A DNA stretch of 64,000 bases from an uncultured virus (IMG/VR IMGVR_UViG_3300035698_020436) (lineage: Duplodnaviria; Heunggongvirae; Uroviricota; Caudoviricetes): IMG/VR virus record IMGVR_UViG_3300035698_020436. One strand, 5' to 3'. The notes under the pieces are model-generated. The model had not been told where the DNA came from, did no database searches, and saw only the letters and a list, made by a program, of their open reading frames with translations. The translations under genes were made by a program, and so were the position numbers. Shown here piece by piece: positions 21,831 through 32,344 of the stretch. Numbering within the stretch: position 1 is the stretch's first letter; every line of letters starts with the position of its first letter.

Positions 21831-22505
21831 TTATAGAGTACCTTCGAGACCCATGTCCACAAACTGGAATCCTTGAGCACATTTGACGCAGTTATCATGG
21901 GAGAGTAGTGTGTGTGTTTTAGAATCTCGTCTCATAAATAAAACCCCATCACCACAGATAGGACAATAAACACTATAAGTATCTTCATCTGTAGATGTCA
22001 TACCCTTGTATTTGGTGAAAACTTGGTTGTGATGTTTTTGGGTTTTGTCAGTAATGAAACCAGAAAGGTATTTTTCTTCTCCGAATACAATAGCACCAGG
22101 AGCTCGGTGCAGCACACTCATATGATATACTTCAGGAAGTTCAACCTTCACTGTATTGTTTCCCAGATAGGAATTGAATAATTGTGAAGGATTCCCACTG
22201 AATCTCAAAGGCTTGCTGGGGTCATAAGAGGCAAAATAACAATCTTGATGGTTAGGTCCCCAAATGTGCCAGCCTCCACCAAATTCAGGCAAGAAAACAC
22301 CAACTCCAAAACGAACAGTCCGACCTGTGGCGTCCACAAATCGAAGCTTATAAGGAGCCCCAAATTCCGGCGGGTATGATTCCCAAACACATTCTTCTTC
22401 ACCAGAATAAATGATTTTGGTTATTTTTTCACTACGATTCTCATTGGCAGGTAGCTTAATGGCCAGCCAACGGGCATCAAGTTTTAGAGTTTCAATGGGA
22501 GTCAT
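21831..22505 (-). CDS. hypothetical protein with C-terminal zinc ribbon
   Basis: CPICG...CVKC. Confidence 0.65.
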   Translation of the reverse strand: MTPIETLKLDARWLAIKLPANENRSEKITKIIYSGEEECVWESYPPEFGAPYKLRFVDATGRTVRFGVGVFLPEFGGGWHIWGPNHQDCYFASYDPSKPLRFSGNPSQLFNSYLGNNTVKVELPEVYHMSVLHRAPGAIVFGEEKYLSGFITDKTQKHHNQVFTKYKGMTSTDEDTYSVYCPICGDGVLFMRRDSKTHTLLSHDNCVKCAQGFQFVDMGLEGTL

Positions 22506-23524
22506 AAGGAATCCTTGGTATAGGGTTTCTCAACGTCTTACCATCCTCTGACAAAGCCAGTATGAGATGGTCTCCACAACAGAACGTGACAATCTGGCCA
22601 TCATGTTCCCAATCAATAACGAAAGGAATATCTTTTTTAGTCAAATATGTTAACATTTCTTCTGCCGTTTTGGGGATTTCAGACTCTACCACAGGTATCC
22701 CTTTATTGCATACTGCACAGGATACAATGACTTCCTCTGGAGATTTCTTAGGGGTGTGTTTGTGCTTATTTCGTTTCTTTTTTGTCATCTTAATCCCATT
22801 CAAACCCACCGTCCGTTAGGATAGTGGTACCTTCACTTTCAATATTAGCTAAAGGTTCTCTCTCTATACTTCGGATAGGTGGTGCTTTATCATAAGATTT
22901 CCTTCTAGGTACTGTTTTGCCATCATGTCGTAAGTGTTCTTCAAGGACATCTTGTCTGGCCCAGTATTCGTGACCATCATAAGCTGGAGACACTTGGTAT
23001 CGTTTATCCAGTTTGGTAACACTGGAATGTTTCCCATCAACAGTTGTAATGGTACGTTTCAGATCCCCAATGAAATAAGAAGGTTTGGTCTGATAACTGA
23101 CAAAAACCAACCCGTCTGTTCTACCTTCACTTCCAATGATATACCACTGGTTATCTTGAAAAACTCCATGCTCGAAACAACAATGTGCATTATTACGAGG
23201 GACAAACCGCATCAGATAACCTACATTAGATTCCGAGGGGGCCTCAAACCATAGGTTATCCCCATCAGGGATACCGGCAGTGATGATTGACCCGTCTTGT
23301 AGTTTTATTTTTCGTCTTGACATTTAAGGTGTTCTCCTCTTGCATAGAAACCTTTTGGAACTTCAAGAATTACCCAGCCCCTAGAAGATTGCCCTCGACG
23401 GGCACATTTCAGAGCTGCCTCTTTTGATTTATGTTCTCTTTTACAATACTCTTCATCGGTAGGGTTAGAGCACGTCCATCTTACAGTAGCCACAATCAGT
23501 CTCCTTTTCAATTAGGTTACGTCA

Positions 23525-23562
23525 CCTTAGTTCAACAACCCACAAGTTGAATAAACTAAGCC
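23525..23562 (-). promoter_or_regulatory. 38-bp element copy 12
   Basis: consensus boxes intact, tail AACTAAGG. Confidence 0.7.
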
Positions 23563-23563
23563 A

Positions 23564-24613
23564 TCAAAATAAATCTTTTAAATCCTCAACTCCTGAATCA
23601 GGGCGTATCTGAGTCTTTTTCTTTGGGCTTTTCAGCTCCAACATATCAAATGTTTCGATACTTAAATCAACTCTACCCTTATTTGGATTCCTATCCAACC
23701 CGGGGTTTTGTGGTTCTGCTTCTAACAATTTATCTAAGTCATCAATTCCTGAATCCACATGAACAGTCGGATCTATCTCACGACCCCATCTTTTCCCATT
23801 GCTTCCGATGGAAATAGGGGGTCGGTTTTTGTTGTGTTGTTTCGGATATTTAGGGTAGTTATCCGGTTTCGGATATTTAGGGTAGTTATCCGAAGGGTCA
23901 TACTTCACTATTGGGGGGTCAACTGCATCGAAAATACCAGTGTGTAGTTGAGTCCTCACCCAAGATTGGGTCTCCGCTCCTGAAGTTAATGATGGGTGTA
24001 ACCACGGCCCTACAGGTTTATATTCCCTATTGATTGGTCGGAGAGATGTCCGTAAGGGATTAATCTCTAACCATTTGCCTTCGGGTAGGGGGATTCCCAG
24101 TCCTGTGGTCATATCAGGTACTACTATCCTATTTTCTATAATTTTCCAAGGTTTTTTGGACACAGGGACGGACACATACAGTAAATCAAGACCTGTCTCT
24201 TCAAAGGTACTTCTTGCCCAAGAACACCACCCAACCATATCCGTCCAAACTTGAGGGTTGAGAGTCATATAACATTTACGTTCCATTAAAGACCCCCTCT
24301 CTTCGATAATACAACCAGTTACAACAGGGTGGTAAAGGGATAGGTGTATTTCGAGAGATAAGGTGTGGCTTTGGTCAAGTTGTCCCCGCAGTTCAACCCA
24401 TTCAACCACTGAAGTATCTTCAATCTCCTCTATCAACCATTGGTGGATATGAACGAAATCAAATATGTCCTTAGCAAGGTCATAAATTCGTTGGATCAAG
24501 CCGGTATTGGTGAGATTGTCCGTAAAAAGCCTTAAGCTTCTGTGTTTAAGAATTTCCCCTGCTACTGAGTAATTTGAATTATCCATTTTAATCCTCCGAT
24601 TTAGGAGCCTCAT
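23564..24613 (-). CDS. hypothetical protein with low-complexity C-terminus
   Basis: 349-aa ORF; true start may be the internal ATG (MDNSN). Confidence 0.7.
   Translation of the reverse strand: MRLLNRRIKMDNSNYSVAGEILKHRSLRLFTDNLTNTGLIQRIYDLAKDIFDFVHIHQWLIEEIEDTSVVEWVELRGQLDQSHTLSLEIHLSLYHPVVTGCIIEERGSLMERKCYMTLNPQVWTDMVGWCSWARSTFEETGLDLLYVSVPVSKKPWKIIENRIVVPDMTTGLGIPLPEGKWLEINPLRTSLRPINREYKPVGPWLHPSLTSGAETQSWVRTQLHTGIFDAVDPPIVKYDPSDNYPKYPKPDNYPKYPKQHNKNRPPISIGSNGKRWGREIDPTVHVDSGIDDLDKLLEAEPQNPGLDRNPNKGRVDLSIETFDMLELKSPKKKTQIRPDSGVEDLKDLF
23839..23892. repeat. perfect 27-bp tandem duplication (in frame)
   Basis: GTTTCGGATATTTAGGGTAGTTATCCG x2. Confidence 0.9.
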
Positions 24614-25465
24614 CAGGGACTGCTACAGCATAGAGTCCGCCGTCTTTGGGGTTCTGAGGCCCCATACCTTCTTGACAACGGCCTTCATTATAATCCTTAG
24701 CTAGTTGGGTTGCCTCTTCCAAGGTTGCCCCACCTTTACCAAGCATCTGACCGGTTTCTCGGTACCCGTCGAGGCGGTATCGTAAAATAATCGTTCTGTA
24801 AGTCATTTTGCACCTTTCATTAAATTTTTTAGCCCCACGTCAAAGGAGGGCTTAATTCTCCTATTCCGACTAACCCTCCCTGTTGGAGAGCCCGATCAAT
24901 ATTTTCTTTGTTCCTTCGGTCATACCAAGTCCGAGCATTGTTGATCCAACTAAAGAAGTCAATCCATGATTCATTTCTGATAACCCTTCGATTAACAGAC
25001 CCTACAACACCCAACTGGATATCAGAGTTTTCAATAACTATCATAACAGAAGTAGCTTTCTCTCCCATAACTAACCGAATTGAAATGGCAGGATCAATCC
25101 GCAAAGCTATTGTCCCAAATCCTTTATCGGTTAATGAAGTCAGTCTCCAATTATCACTGGACACTTCTGGAAAAATAGCCCTGAGCAATGCAACTACACG
25201 AACGAAAAGCTGAGAAGAATCCATAAAACAAGGGTTTATAAGGCTTAACCATTCTCTAGTCATCACCATTGGTATATCATAATTTTTGGAAGCAAATTCA
25301 TCATAAGCTTCCGAACACCCAAGGCACAAATCAAATTCATGACACCCTGGAAATTCTGTCGTTCTACGCACAGCTGCAAGAACCGACTCACAGTTGTCAC
25401 ACAATATTCCATCTTCCATTTAAAAAACCTCCACACCTTTTACCCTAAAACGGTATAGTATCCCC

Positions 25466-26059
25466 ATGACTATTAAAAGACACCACAACTTGTCTCTGAA
25501 ACTTCTCGTCGGGAGATCTTTATCCGATGGATCTCCTTGGTCTGCATCAGAGGAACGGAAACTAATCCTTAAAGAACGAGAATTATGGGATACTCTCTCA
25601 GAATCCGAACGGTTAGAAGAACAAACTTTCCTAGCAGGCTTATGGAGTAGTTCCGAAAACAGGAACATCCTAATCCAACCTGAATGGGGCTTCGATGCCA
25701 CAGGGGAAATCCGAATAACTGATTCAGCTTTTGGTATCCCACGCCAGAGTTACCGGCCATACCCTAAAGGGTTGCCTCTTGACGAATACCCAATGTTTGT
25801 GGGTGTTGTCCAGTGGCTTTGGGGTAGAGGATTTCAAGTCATTGATATCACCAATGATATTATTGCCGTTGCCGTTCCTGGAGCTAGGGCAATACCCGAA
25901 GTCGAGCGTCTTTATAAGTTATTGGTTCAGTTTTTTGCTAACCTCCGTATCACCCCTCATGGTTCAGATGAGGGGGTTCAAATTAGAGCACTTTATGATC
26001 CTGTCAGTGGCCAAGCGTCCCTTGAAATTTCGGGACTCAGTGACGACCTGCTGACTTAA
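25466..26059 (+). CDS. hypothetical protein, lone plus-strand gene in the leftward arm
   Basis: 197-aa ORF filling the gap between minus-strand genes. Confidence 0.7.
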   Translation: MTIKRHHNLSLKLLVGRSLSDGSPWSASEERKLILKERELWDTLSESERLEEQTFLAGLWSSSENRNILIQPEWGFDATGEIRITDSAFGIPRQSYRPYPKGLPLDEYPMFVGVVQWLWGRGFQVIDITNDIIAVAVPGARAIPEVERLYKLLVQFFANLRITPHGSDEGVQIRALYDPVSGQASLEISGLSDDLLT

Positions 26060-26468
26060 TACTGTTGAGCATCGTGGATGTCTGTACAAGGCATCCCACC
26101 GAGGATACGGTATTTGTAAGGGAACACTTGGCCAGAAGTGCGTTTCAGGGCTTCAAGGAATGTATCCGCACTCTGTTCGACCATATCACCTTCAAGAGTG
26201 AGAACCATCATACCACCCAATTCTCCAGCACTCTGTTCGTCAATGCAAAAGAAAGCATTGTGTTCAGTGCCATCAGCAAAACGGACATTACCTGAATGCA
26301 GAGCATAACCACCACCAATGTCACTACGGCCAGCTTTACCAGCTACAAACTTACTGGTAGTTTTACCGTCTTTAATAGTGCAGATGGTTCCTTTGGTTTT
26401 GGTTTTTGTTCCATATTGTTTAGGACGACGTGCCATTTTGATTCTCCAGTTCGGTTAAGTTTTCATCT

Positions 26469-26506
26469 TCTTACTTCAACAACCCACAAGAAATGAAAAC
26501 TAAGCC
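26469..26506 (-). promoter_or_regulatory. 38-bp element copy 13 (left half of divergent pair)
   Basis: consensus match at the strand switch. Confidence 0.8.
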
Positions 26507-26519
26507 AAATCTGTTTCAC

Positions 26520-26557
26520 GGCTTAGTTTCAAGAAATTCTGGGTTGTTGGGGTATAA
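26520..26557 (+). promoter_or_regulatory. 38-bp element copy 14 (right half of divergent pair)
   Basis: GGCTTAGTTT-CAAGAAAT-TCTGGGTTGTTG-GGGTATAA. Confidence 0.75.
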
Positions 26558-26595
26558 GAGAGGTACTTTAACTTAAACATACTAAGGAAACTATT

Positions 26596-27111
26596 ATGAA
26601 AAACAAAGAAGTTGAGACCCTTGTCAAGTTGTTAACCGAAAAAGGTTGGCATATCGTAACAATGGAGTCCTGTACAGGCGGTGCATTGGCCAATGCTATT
26701 ACTAATGTTCCAGGTGCAAGTGCTGTCATCAAGGACTCTTTCATTACTTATTCTAATGAAGCCAAGATCAAATTGGGTGTTCCAGCAGAATTGATTGATA
26801 AATATACGGTCTATAGCCTTCCAGTTGCTGAAGCTATGGCTAAACAAGCTATAGCAAATTCAGTAACCGACCATCAGAAAATCGTAGGTGTTGGGATCAC
26901 TGGTTCTCTCACCCGAGAAGACCCGAACAACCCTAACTCAGAACCAGGTAAGGTTTATATTGCTATTTGTGTTTCGGGGAGTGCCAAAGGGAATGTTAAT
27001 TTTTCCTATGGGATTATTGTCAATGGAGACGACAGGGAAAAAGGTAAGGAAGAAGTGCTGGAAGTTTTTCTTAAACTGACTTTGGATAGTGTTTGGATGA
27101 AATTATTATAA
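26596..27111 (+). CDS. pncC: CinA C-terminal family / NMN amidohydrolase
   Basis: ESCTGG, VPGAS, TYSNEAK, VAEAMA, GITG, PGKVYIA motifs. Confidence 0.85.
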   Translation: MKNKEVETLVKLLTEKGWHIVTMESCTGGALANAITNVPGASAVIKDSFITYSNEAKIKLGVPAELIDKYTVYSLPVAEAMAKQAIANSVTDHQKIVGVGITGSLTREDPNNPNSEPGKVYIAICVSGSAKGNVNFSYGIIVNGDDREKGKEEVLEVFLKLTLDSVWMKLL

Positions 27112-27122
27112 AGGAGTGCCTG

Positions 27123-27641
27123 ATGGAAGAAATCATCTGTCAAAGATGTCAAACCTCTTTTAAATACAAATCCCTCGGTGGAAGAAAACGAAAGTTATGT
27201 CCGACATGTATTAAGGAGAAACTAAACAAAGAACGGATATGTTGTATTTGTGGTGGAACATATTTAACAAAGGAACGGCTGTCTGATAAAAGATACCCTT
27301 TGACCACCTGTTCAGAATCGTGTGAACAGATACAACAAGAAAACAAAAAAATCAAAGATCAAGAGTACAATAAGAAGTGGTGGCGTGAAACGTATTACCC
27401 GAAAAACAAGGCTGCTATTGACAAAAAAAACAGTGATTGGGCTAAAAATAATAAAGACCGTGTTAATGAATTGGTCAGGTTAAGAAAAGCTGATAAATTA
27501 GTGATGGAAACTCGGATTTGTAGCCATTGTGAGAAAGAATTTCAGGTTAATGAAAAAAATACGATAAAGAAATACTGTCAAATGAAATGTATGATTGCAG
27601 CAAGAAACAAACGCTACTACAGAAAAAACAAGGAGATTTGA
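27123..27641 (+). CDS. basic multi-zinc-finger protein
   Basis: repeated CxxC and CxxxC motifs, Lys-rich. Confidence 0.65.
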   Translation: MEEIICQRCQTSFKYKSLGGRKRKLCPTCIKEKLNKERICCICGGTYLTKERLSDKRYPLTTCSESCEQIQQENKKIKDQEYNKKWWRETYYPKNKAAIDKKNSDWAKNNKDRVNELVRLRKADKLVMETRICSHCEKEFQVNEKNTIKKYCQMKCMIAARNKRYYRKNKEI

Positions 27642-28114
27642 ATGGCTACGAGAAGCTGGAAAAGAGATGCTACTTTTATAAGAGTGTTTGGTGAGGGTGA
27701 TTATGCAGAGAAAGCCTATGAATACCTTTACAAGGGACTTGTTAAAGTAGAGATCAGGGTGCCAAAAAAAGGAAGGAATTCTTATAGAGTTTATTTGGGT
27801 TGTAACAGTACCACTTTTACATCCTGGAAAGAGGTTGTCTCAATATTACCCAAGGAATATAAAAAAGCTCTTTTGCAGATTGAAAGGACCAAGGAATATA
27901 AAAAACAAAAGCTGAAACAGATAAGGCTTCACCGGTTTAAAAAACGAGTCTATTCTAAAATAATAACCAAACAGTCTTTAGAGGGTTTATCCCAAAGAGA
28001 AACTACCCTTATATTAAAAGATTTGGCAGCTTATAAAGAACAATTAGCTTGGAATCAGATCAATAGTGGGTACAACCCTAAAGTTGGAAACATGATTTTC
28101 GGATGAGGGGTTCT

Positions 28115-28152
28115 GGCTTAGTTTCTCTTTTTTGTGGGTTGTTGAAGTAAGA
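28115..28152 (+). promoter_or_regulatory. 38-bp element copy 15
   Basis: consensus match. Confidence 0.75.
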
Positions 28153-28351
28153 AAAGGAGAACAGTCATGAAAATGATTACCTTGATTTCAGTAGCAGATA
28201 AAAATAAAGCACTTCGGGTACTTAAAGATACCATAGGTGTGACTACTCAGTATAGTAAATTTATCCTTCAAAGTCTCCCCAGATACAATGCTTATGTGGA
28301 TGAAAAAACATTGAGGGTTTTTGATAAAAACAATATCTATTACAAGATGAT

Positions 28352-28389
28352 GGCTTAGTTTTGAAAAGTTGTGGGTTGTTGTAGTAAGA
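28352..28389 (+). promoter_or_regulatory. 38-bp element copy 16
   Basis: consensus match; supplies the stop of 28167-28358; precedes ligA. Confidence 0.75.
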
Positions 28390-28416
28390 AACAACTGATA
28401 ATTCAGGAGAAAAACA

Positions 28417-30369
28417 ATGAACACTACACAAATTGACCAATTAGCACTAAGAGTACGGGCTGCAAAAAATGCATATTACAATGGTAACCCTGTAATGTCC
28501 GATGCAGAATACGACACTCTGGAAGACGAACTCAGAAAAGCTGACTCGAATCACCCCGTCCTGAAAATGGTCGGTATGGCTCCAACAGGCGGTTCTTGGC
28601 CTAAAGCCAAACACGAAATACCAATGGGTTCGTTGAACAAAGCTCAGGTCAAGGCTGAAGTTGAAAAATGGATCAAAGGGGCTGCTACGGCTGGTGAAAT
28701 TGCAGTTATGGATAAACTTGATGGAGCTTCCATTGAGTTAACATACGAAAAACGTCATCTGGTTCGTGGTGCTACTCGTGGTGATGGTGATATCGGTCAG
28801 AACATAACCCGAAACATTCTGCTTATGCAGGGTGCTGTCAAGGTTTTGCCTTCTACCATTAACGGTCAACCAACCCCTGACAAAGTATATGTCCGTGGTG
28901 AAGTTATCGTATCCAAATCCCTGTTTGCCAAATTCTTCAAAGGGGAGTCAAACCCTCGTAACACTGCAAACGGAACAATGACCCGTCAAACCAACCATGA
29001 CAAATGTAAACATCTGTCCATCATTGCTTATCAGTATATGCCTGAAGGTTATGGTATGGACACCAAAAAGGCCGAACTGACTACCTTGAAGGACATCGGT
29101 TTTATCACTCCCAGATGGTCAATCGTAAGCTCTCTGGCCGAAATCGAAGCTGTCTATCAGGATTACATTAACAGTATCCGTGACGGCCTTGATTACTTGA
29201 TTGATGGTCTGGTTCTTGAAGTGAACAACAGAGACAAGAGAAATGACCTTGGTGACCTGAATGGTCGTCCTAAAGGTGCTATTGCTTACAAGTTCCCTCA
29301 TGAGTCCAAGCCGACCCACCTGAAAGCTATCCGCTGGCAGGTTGGTAACTCTGGCCGAATCACACCGGTTGCTGAGTTTGATACCGTAAATCTGGCAGGA
29401 GCTAACATTTCTCAGGCTTCGTTGCATAACCTCAGTAACATTGCTGAAATGGTGAACGAAGTCAGACCTGGATGGAAAGAACTCTGTATTGATGATTCAA
29501 TTTTGGTGAGTCGTAGAAATGACGTAATTCCCTACGTGGAGTCATTACTCTCCAGTGGTGATACGGCAGTACGTTTTAATATCCCGAAAAAATGCCCCGT
29601 ATGTGGTGAAAAACTCAGCATGAATGGTGAGTACCTTGTCTGTACGAATTCAGATGAATGTGAAGCTCAGATTATCGGAATGCTGAAACGCTGGGTAACC
29701 AAACTGGATATCAAACATATGGGTGAAGCTCTCTTGACAATGCTGATTGAAGACGGCCACATTGAAGACATTGCTGACCTCTACAGAGTTGACCCTATCA
29801 AGGTTTCAGTTATGACAATGAATGGCCGTATGGTTGGTGGAAGTGCCGACCGTGGCTTCCAGAACCTTCGTGCTAAAAAATCTATCCCTGTCGACCTCTT
29901 GGTAGGTTCCCTTGGAATCCCAATGATCGGTCGTAGTATGGCAAGAAAAATTAGTGATGCCGGATATGATACTCTCTCTAAAATGTATAAGGCTCAGATC
30001 GTTGATATTGCTCAAATCCCAGGTGTTGGCCAGACCAAAGCAGAATATTTCGTTCGTGGGTTTAGCAAAAGAATCGGTTTGATTGCCAAATTGATCCAAC
30101 ACCCCGACGATGGTGGTGCTGGTATCACCATTAAGGTCACTAAGGGGCCACTGAAGGGCAAAACTTTCTGTATGACAGGCTTCCGTGACAGTGCCTTGGT
30201 GGATGCCATTGAAGGCTCAGGTGGGACGGTGAAATCTGGTGTCAGCAAAACTCTGGATTATTTGGTTGTTCAAGACGTAACCTCAACCAGTGGCAAAGCC
30301 AAGAAAGCTGCCAAGTACGGAACTGCTATCATCAGTATTGATGAAGCCAAAAAAATGGCTGGTATCTAA
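28417..30369 (+). CDS. ligA: NAD+-dependent DNA ligase
   Basis: YY...SDAEYD, KLDG, TRGDG, RGEV, NPRN, DGLV, zinc finger, HhH repeats, C-terminal BRCT. Confidence 0.97.
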   Translation: MNTTQIDQLALRVRAAKNAYYNGNPVMSDAEYDTLEDELRKADSNHPVLKMVGMAPTGGSWPKAKHEIPMGSLNKAQVKAEVEKWIKGAATAGEIAVMDKLDGASIELTYEKRHLVRGATRGDGDIGQNITRNILLMQGAVKVLPSTINGQPTPDKVYVRGEVIVSKSLFAKFFKGESNPRNTANGTMTRQTNHDKCKHLSIIAYQYMPEGYGMDTKKAELTTLKDIGFITPRWSIVSSLAEIEAVYQDYINSIRDGLDYLIDGLVLEVNNRDKRNDLGDLNGRPKGAIAYKFPHESKPTHLKAIRWQVGNSGRITPVAEFDTVNLAGANISQASLHNLSNIAEMVNEVRPGWKELCIDDSILVSRRNDVIPYVESLLSSGDTAVRFNIPKKCPVCGEKLSMNGEYLVCTNSDECEAQIIGMLKRWVTKLDIKHMGEALLTMLIEDGHIEDIADLYRVDPIKVSVMTMNGRMVGGSADRGFQNLRAKKSIPVDLLVGSLGIPMIGRSMARKISDAGYDTLSKMYKAQIVDIAQIPGVGQTKAEYFVRGFSKRIGLIAKLIQHPDDGGAGITIKVTKGPLKGKTFCMTGFRDSALVDAIEGSGGTVKSGVSKTLDYLVVQDVTSTSGKAKKAAKYGTAIISIDEAKKMAGI

Positions 30370-30382
30370 AAATAAATTTAAC

Positions 30383-30420
30383 GGCTTAGTTTTGAAAAGT
30401 TGTGGGTTGTTGTAGTGTAG
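30383..30420 (+). promoter_or_regulatory. 38-bp element copy 17
   Basis: consensus match. Confidence 0.75.
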
Positions 30421-30478
30421 AAAGACAATAATGTTTTATAAATTTAACTTCTTTAATTTCTTTAAAAGGAAAAAAACA

Positions 30479-31501
30479 ATGACAAAGAAAAAAACCCCAA
30501 GATCCGTAAATGCCAGTTACGATCCAGACATGTACTTGAAATCACACAAAAATGTCTTCAAAGGTCTGAAAACCGAATTTGTATGGCTTACCCCTAAACT
30601 AGCCAAAGAATTTATGGCTAGAAACATCAGTAAAAACAGAACCATGAATCCTAAACGCCTTGATATTATAGAAGGTGATATGGTGGGAGGCCTTTGGGGA
30701 TTTAACGGAGATTCTCTTCGTTTTAACATTCCCAAAGACATGATTGATGGCCAGTACAGATGCCAAGCAGTCATCAACACAGGCATTACCATACCAGTAA
30801 TGGTGCAGACAGGACTCAGCAAAGAAGCCTTTGATATGTTGGATTGTCTTGGTAAATCCAGAACCTTCGGTGAAACTTTGAAAACCAAAAAATTCCAGAA
30901 TGTTGATGTTTTGAATAAAACCTTAAAGATGGTGATTTCATTACGAGAGGATTTCAAACCAGGCAACGACCGTTTCCCTGATGTACATCATCAGGAAACA
31001 TCCCCTGCTGTAAAACTCAAAACCATAATGTCTGAAAAAAACCTTTCCAATATTGTGGATCTTGTTTGTTACAAAGACAAGAACACCAATACCAAAAAAG
31101 ACATTGAAGAAGCTGCCCCTGCCTATATGGTTGCAGCATTCTATCATGTATTCAACAAAATTGATGCTGAGAAAGCCAAAACCTTCAAGGAAGGTATGCC
31201 ATTAGGTTTCACACCACCAAACAGCCCTTCCGGTAAAATGAGAAAATACCTTGCAGCCCTTGAAGTACAGAGATTGCTTAAACCTGAGTTGAAACTCACA
31301 GGCCGAAAACTTCTGTACAAACAGATGTATGCTATCATCGTGGCCTGGAATGCTGAAATGAAAGGTGTCCCGTTGAACCCTAAAGCATTGGAGCTTGATC
31401 TGGAAAACGGTAAAGTAAAAGAGAACCTCATGCCTATGACTGAAATAGTTGGCTCTGAGAAGTATCTGGAATGGTTGAAAGCCAACGTCAAAGGCTTTTA
31501 A
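30479..31501 (+). CDS. ParB/Srx-fold (DGQHR-type) protein
   Basis: NR...DM..G.W.FNGD...IDGQYR..AV. Confidence 0.65.
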   Translation: MTKKKTPRSVNASYDPDMYLKSHKNVFKGLKTEFVWLTPKLAKEFMARNISKNRTMNPKRLDIIEGDMVGGLWGFNGDSLRFNIPKDMIDGQYRCQAVINTGITIPVMVQTGLSKEAFDMLDCLGKSRTFGETLKTKKFQNVDVLNKTLKMVISLREDFKPGNDRFPDVHHQETSPAVKLKTIMSEKNLSNIVDLVCYKDKNTNTKKDIEEAAPAYMVAAFYHVFNKIDAEKAKTFKEGMPLGFTPPNSPSGKMRKYLAALEVQRLLKPELKLTGRKLLYKQMYAIIVAWNAEMKGVPLNPKALELDLENGKVKENLMPMTEIVGSEKYLEWLKANVKGF

Positions 31502-31520
31502 TCCCTGATTACAACACCTA

Positions 31521-31549
31521 AACCCCCTGATGTAATGTCAGGGGTTCTT
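31521..31549 (+). terminator. possible terminator hairpin
   Basis: CCCCTGAT-GTAA-TGTCAGGGG, weak U-tract. Confidence 0.45.
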
Positions 31550-31833
31550 AAGGAGATTGATATGGGTCGTAAAATTACTGATGTAATAGAAGCTATCCGT
31601 GAAGCTATCCCGACTGAGGAAGCAGACCTTCATTCCAGATTGAACGCTATTGAAGAAACTGCTCAATATAGGGCACCTGAAATGATAGGAGACTCTTGGT
31701 ATGACCTTGGTATCTTGGTGGGTCGGTTTGCTGACCCTAACGACCCACCCAAGAAAAATACTTGGCAGATGAAAGCTGTTTGTGCTTTGACAGGTCAAAC
31801 AATAGAACAGATGGATGAGTCCAAGGAGAATAC

Positions 31834-32049
31834 ATGATTAAAATAGCCCGTAATGACCCCTGCCATTGCGGTTCGGGTAAAAAATATAAGAAATGCTGCC
31901 TACGGGCAGATCAATATCCTGAACCCGAAGAGCCTGAACCTCGTAAAAAGGGTTCGAAGATGCAAGCCAAGATGTTGATGGCAATGATGGCAGGTTTTGA
32001 AGCCCAACAAGGTGTTCAACTCGTAAAGAGACCCAAAAAGGAAGACTAA
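31834..32049 (+). CDS. SEC-C motif protein
   Basis: RNDPCHCGSGKKYKKCC. Confidence 0.85.
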   Translation: MIKIARNDPCHCGSGKKYKKCCLRADQYPEPEEPEPRKKGSKMQAKMLMAMMAGFEAQQGVQLVKRPKKED

Positions 32050-32344
32050 TGATGGCAACTTCATATTTCAGAGGCTATCCGACCGTCGTGATTGACAATA
32101 AATGGTGTTATGAAGATACCAAGGAAACTATTGAAGATCATCTTCGGCCTTGTAAGAAATGTGGGCAAGAATATGAATTCAATGCCCCTGTTTAGGTATG
32201 TTGCCTGGAGTAGCTTTTGCTTGTTGTGGTCATGGAGTTCAAAGTGAGGCCTATGTCCATTTCGTTGACAGCCCTATCCGATTGGATGATTTTACCGTAA
32301 CAAGGTTGAGGTTAGATGATGCTGGGACTAAAGAAAAAATATGA
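32049..32344 (+). pseudogene. frameshifted Cys-rich phage protein
   Basis: frame 1 RPCKKCG stops at TAG 32193-32195; the -1 frame continues PCLGMLPGVAFACCGHG...AY to TGA 32344. Confidence 0.55.
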
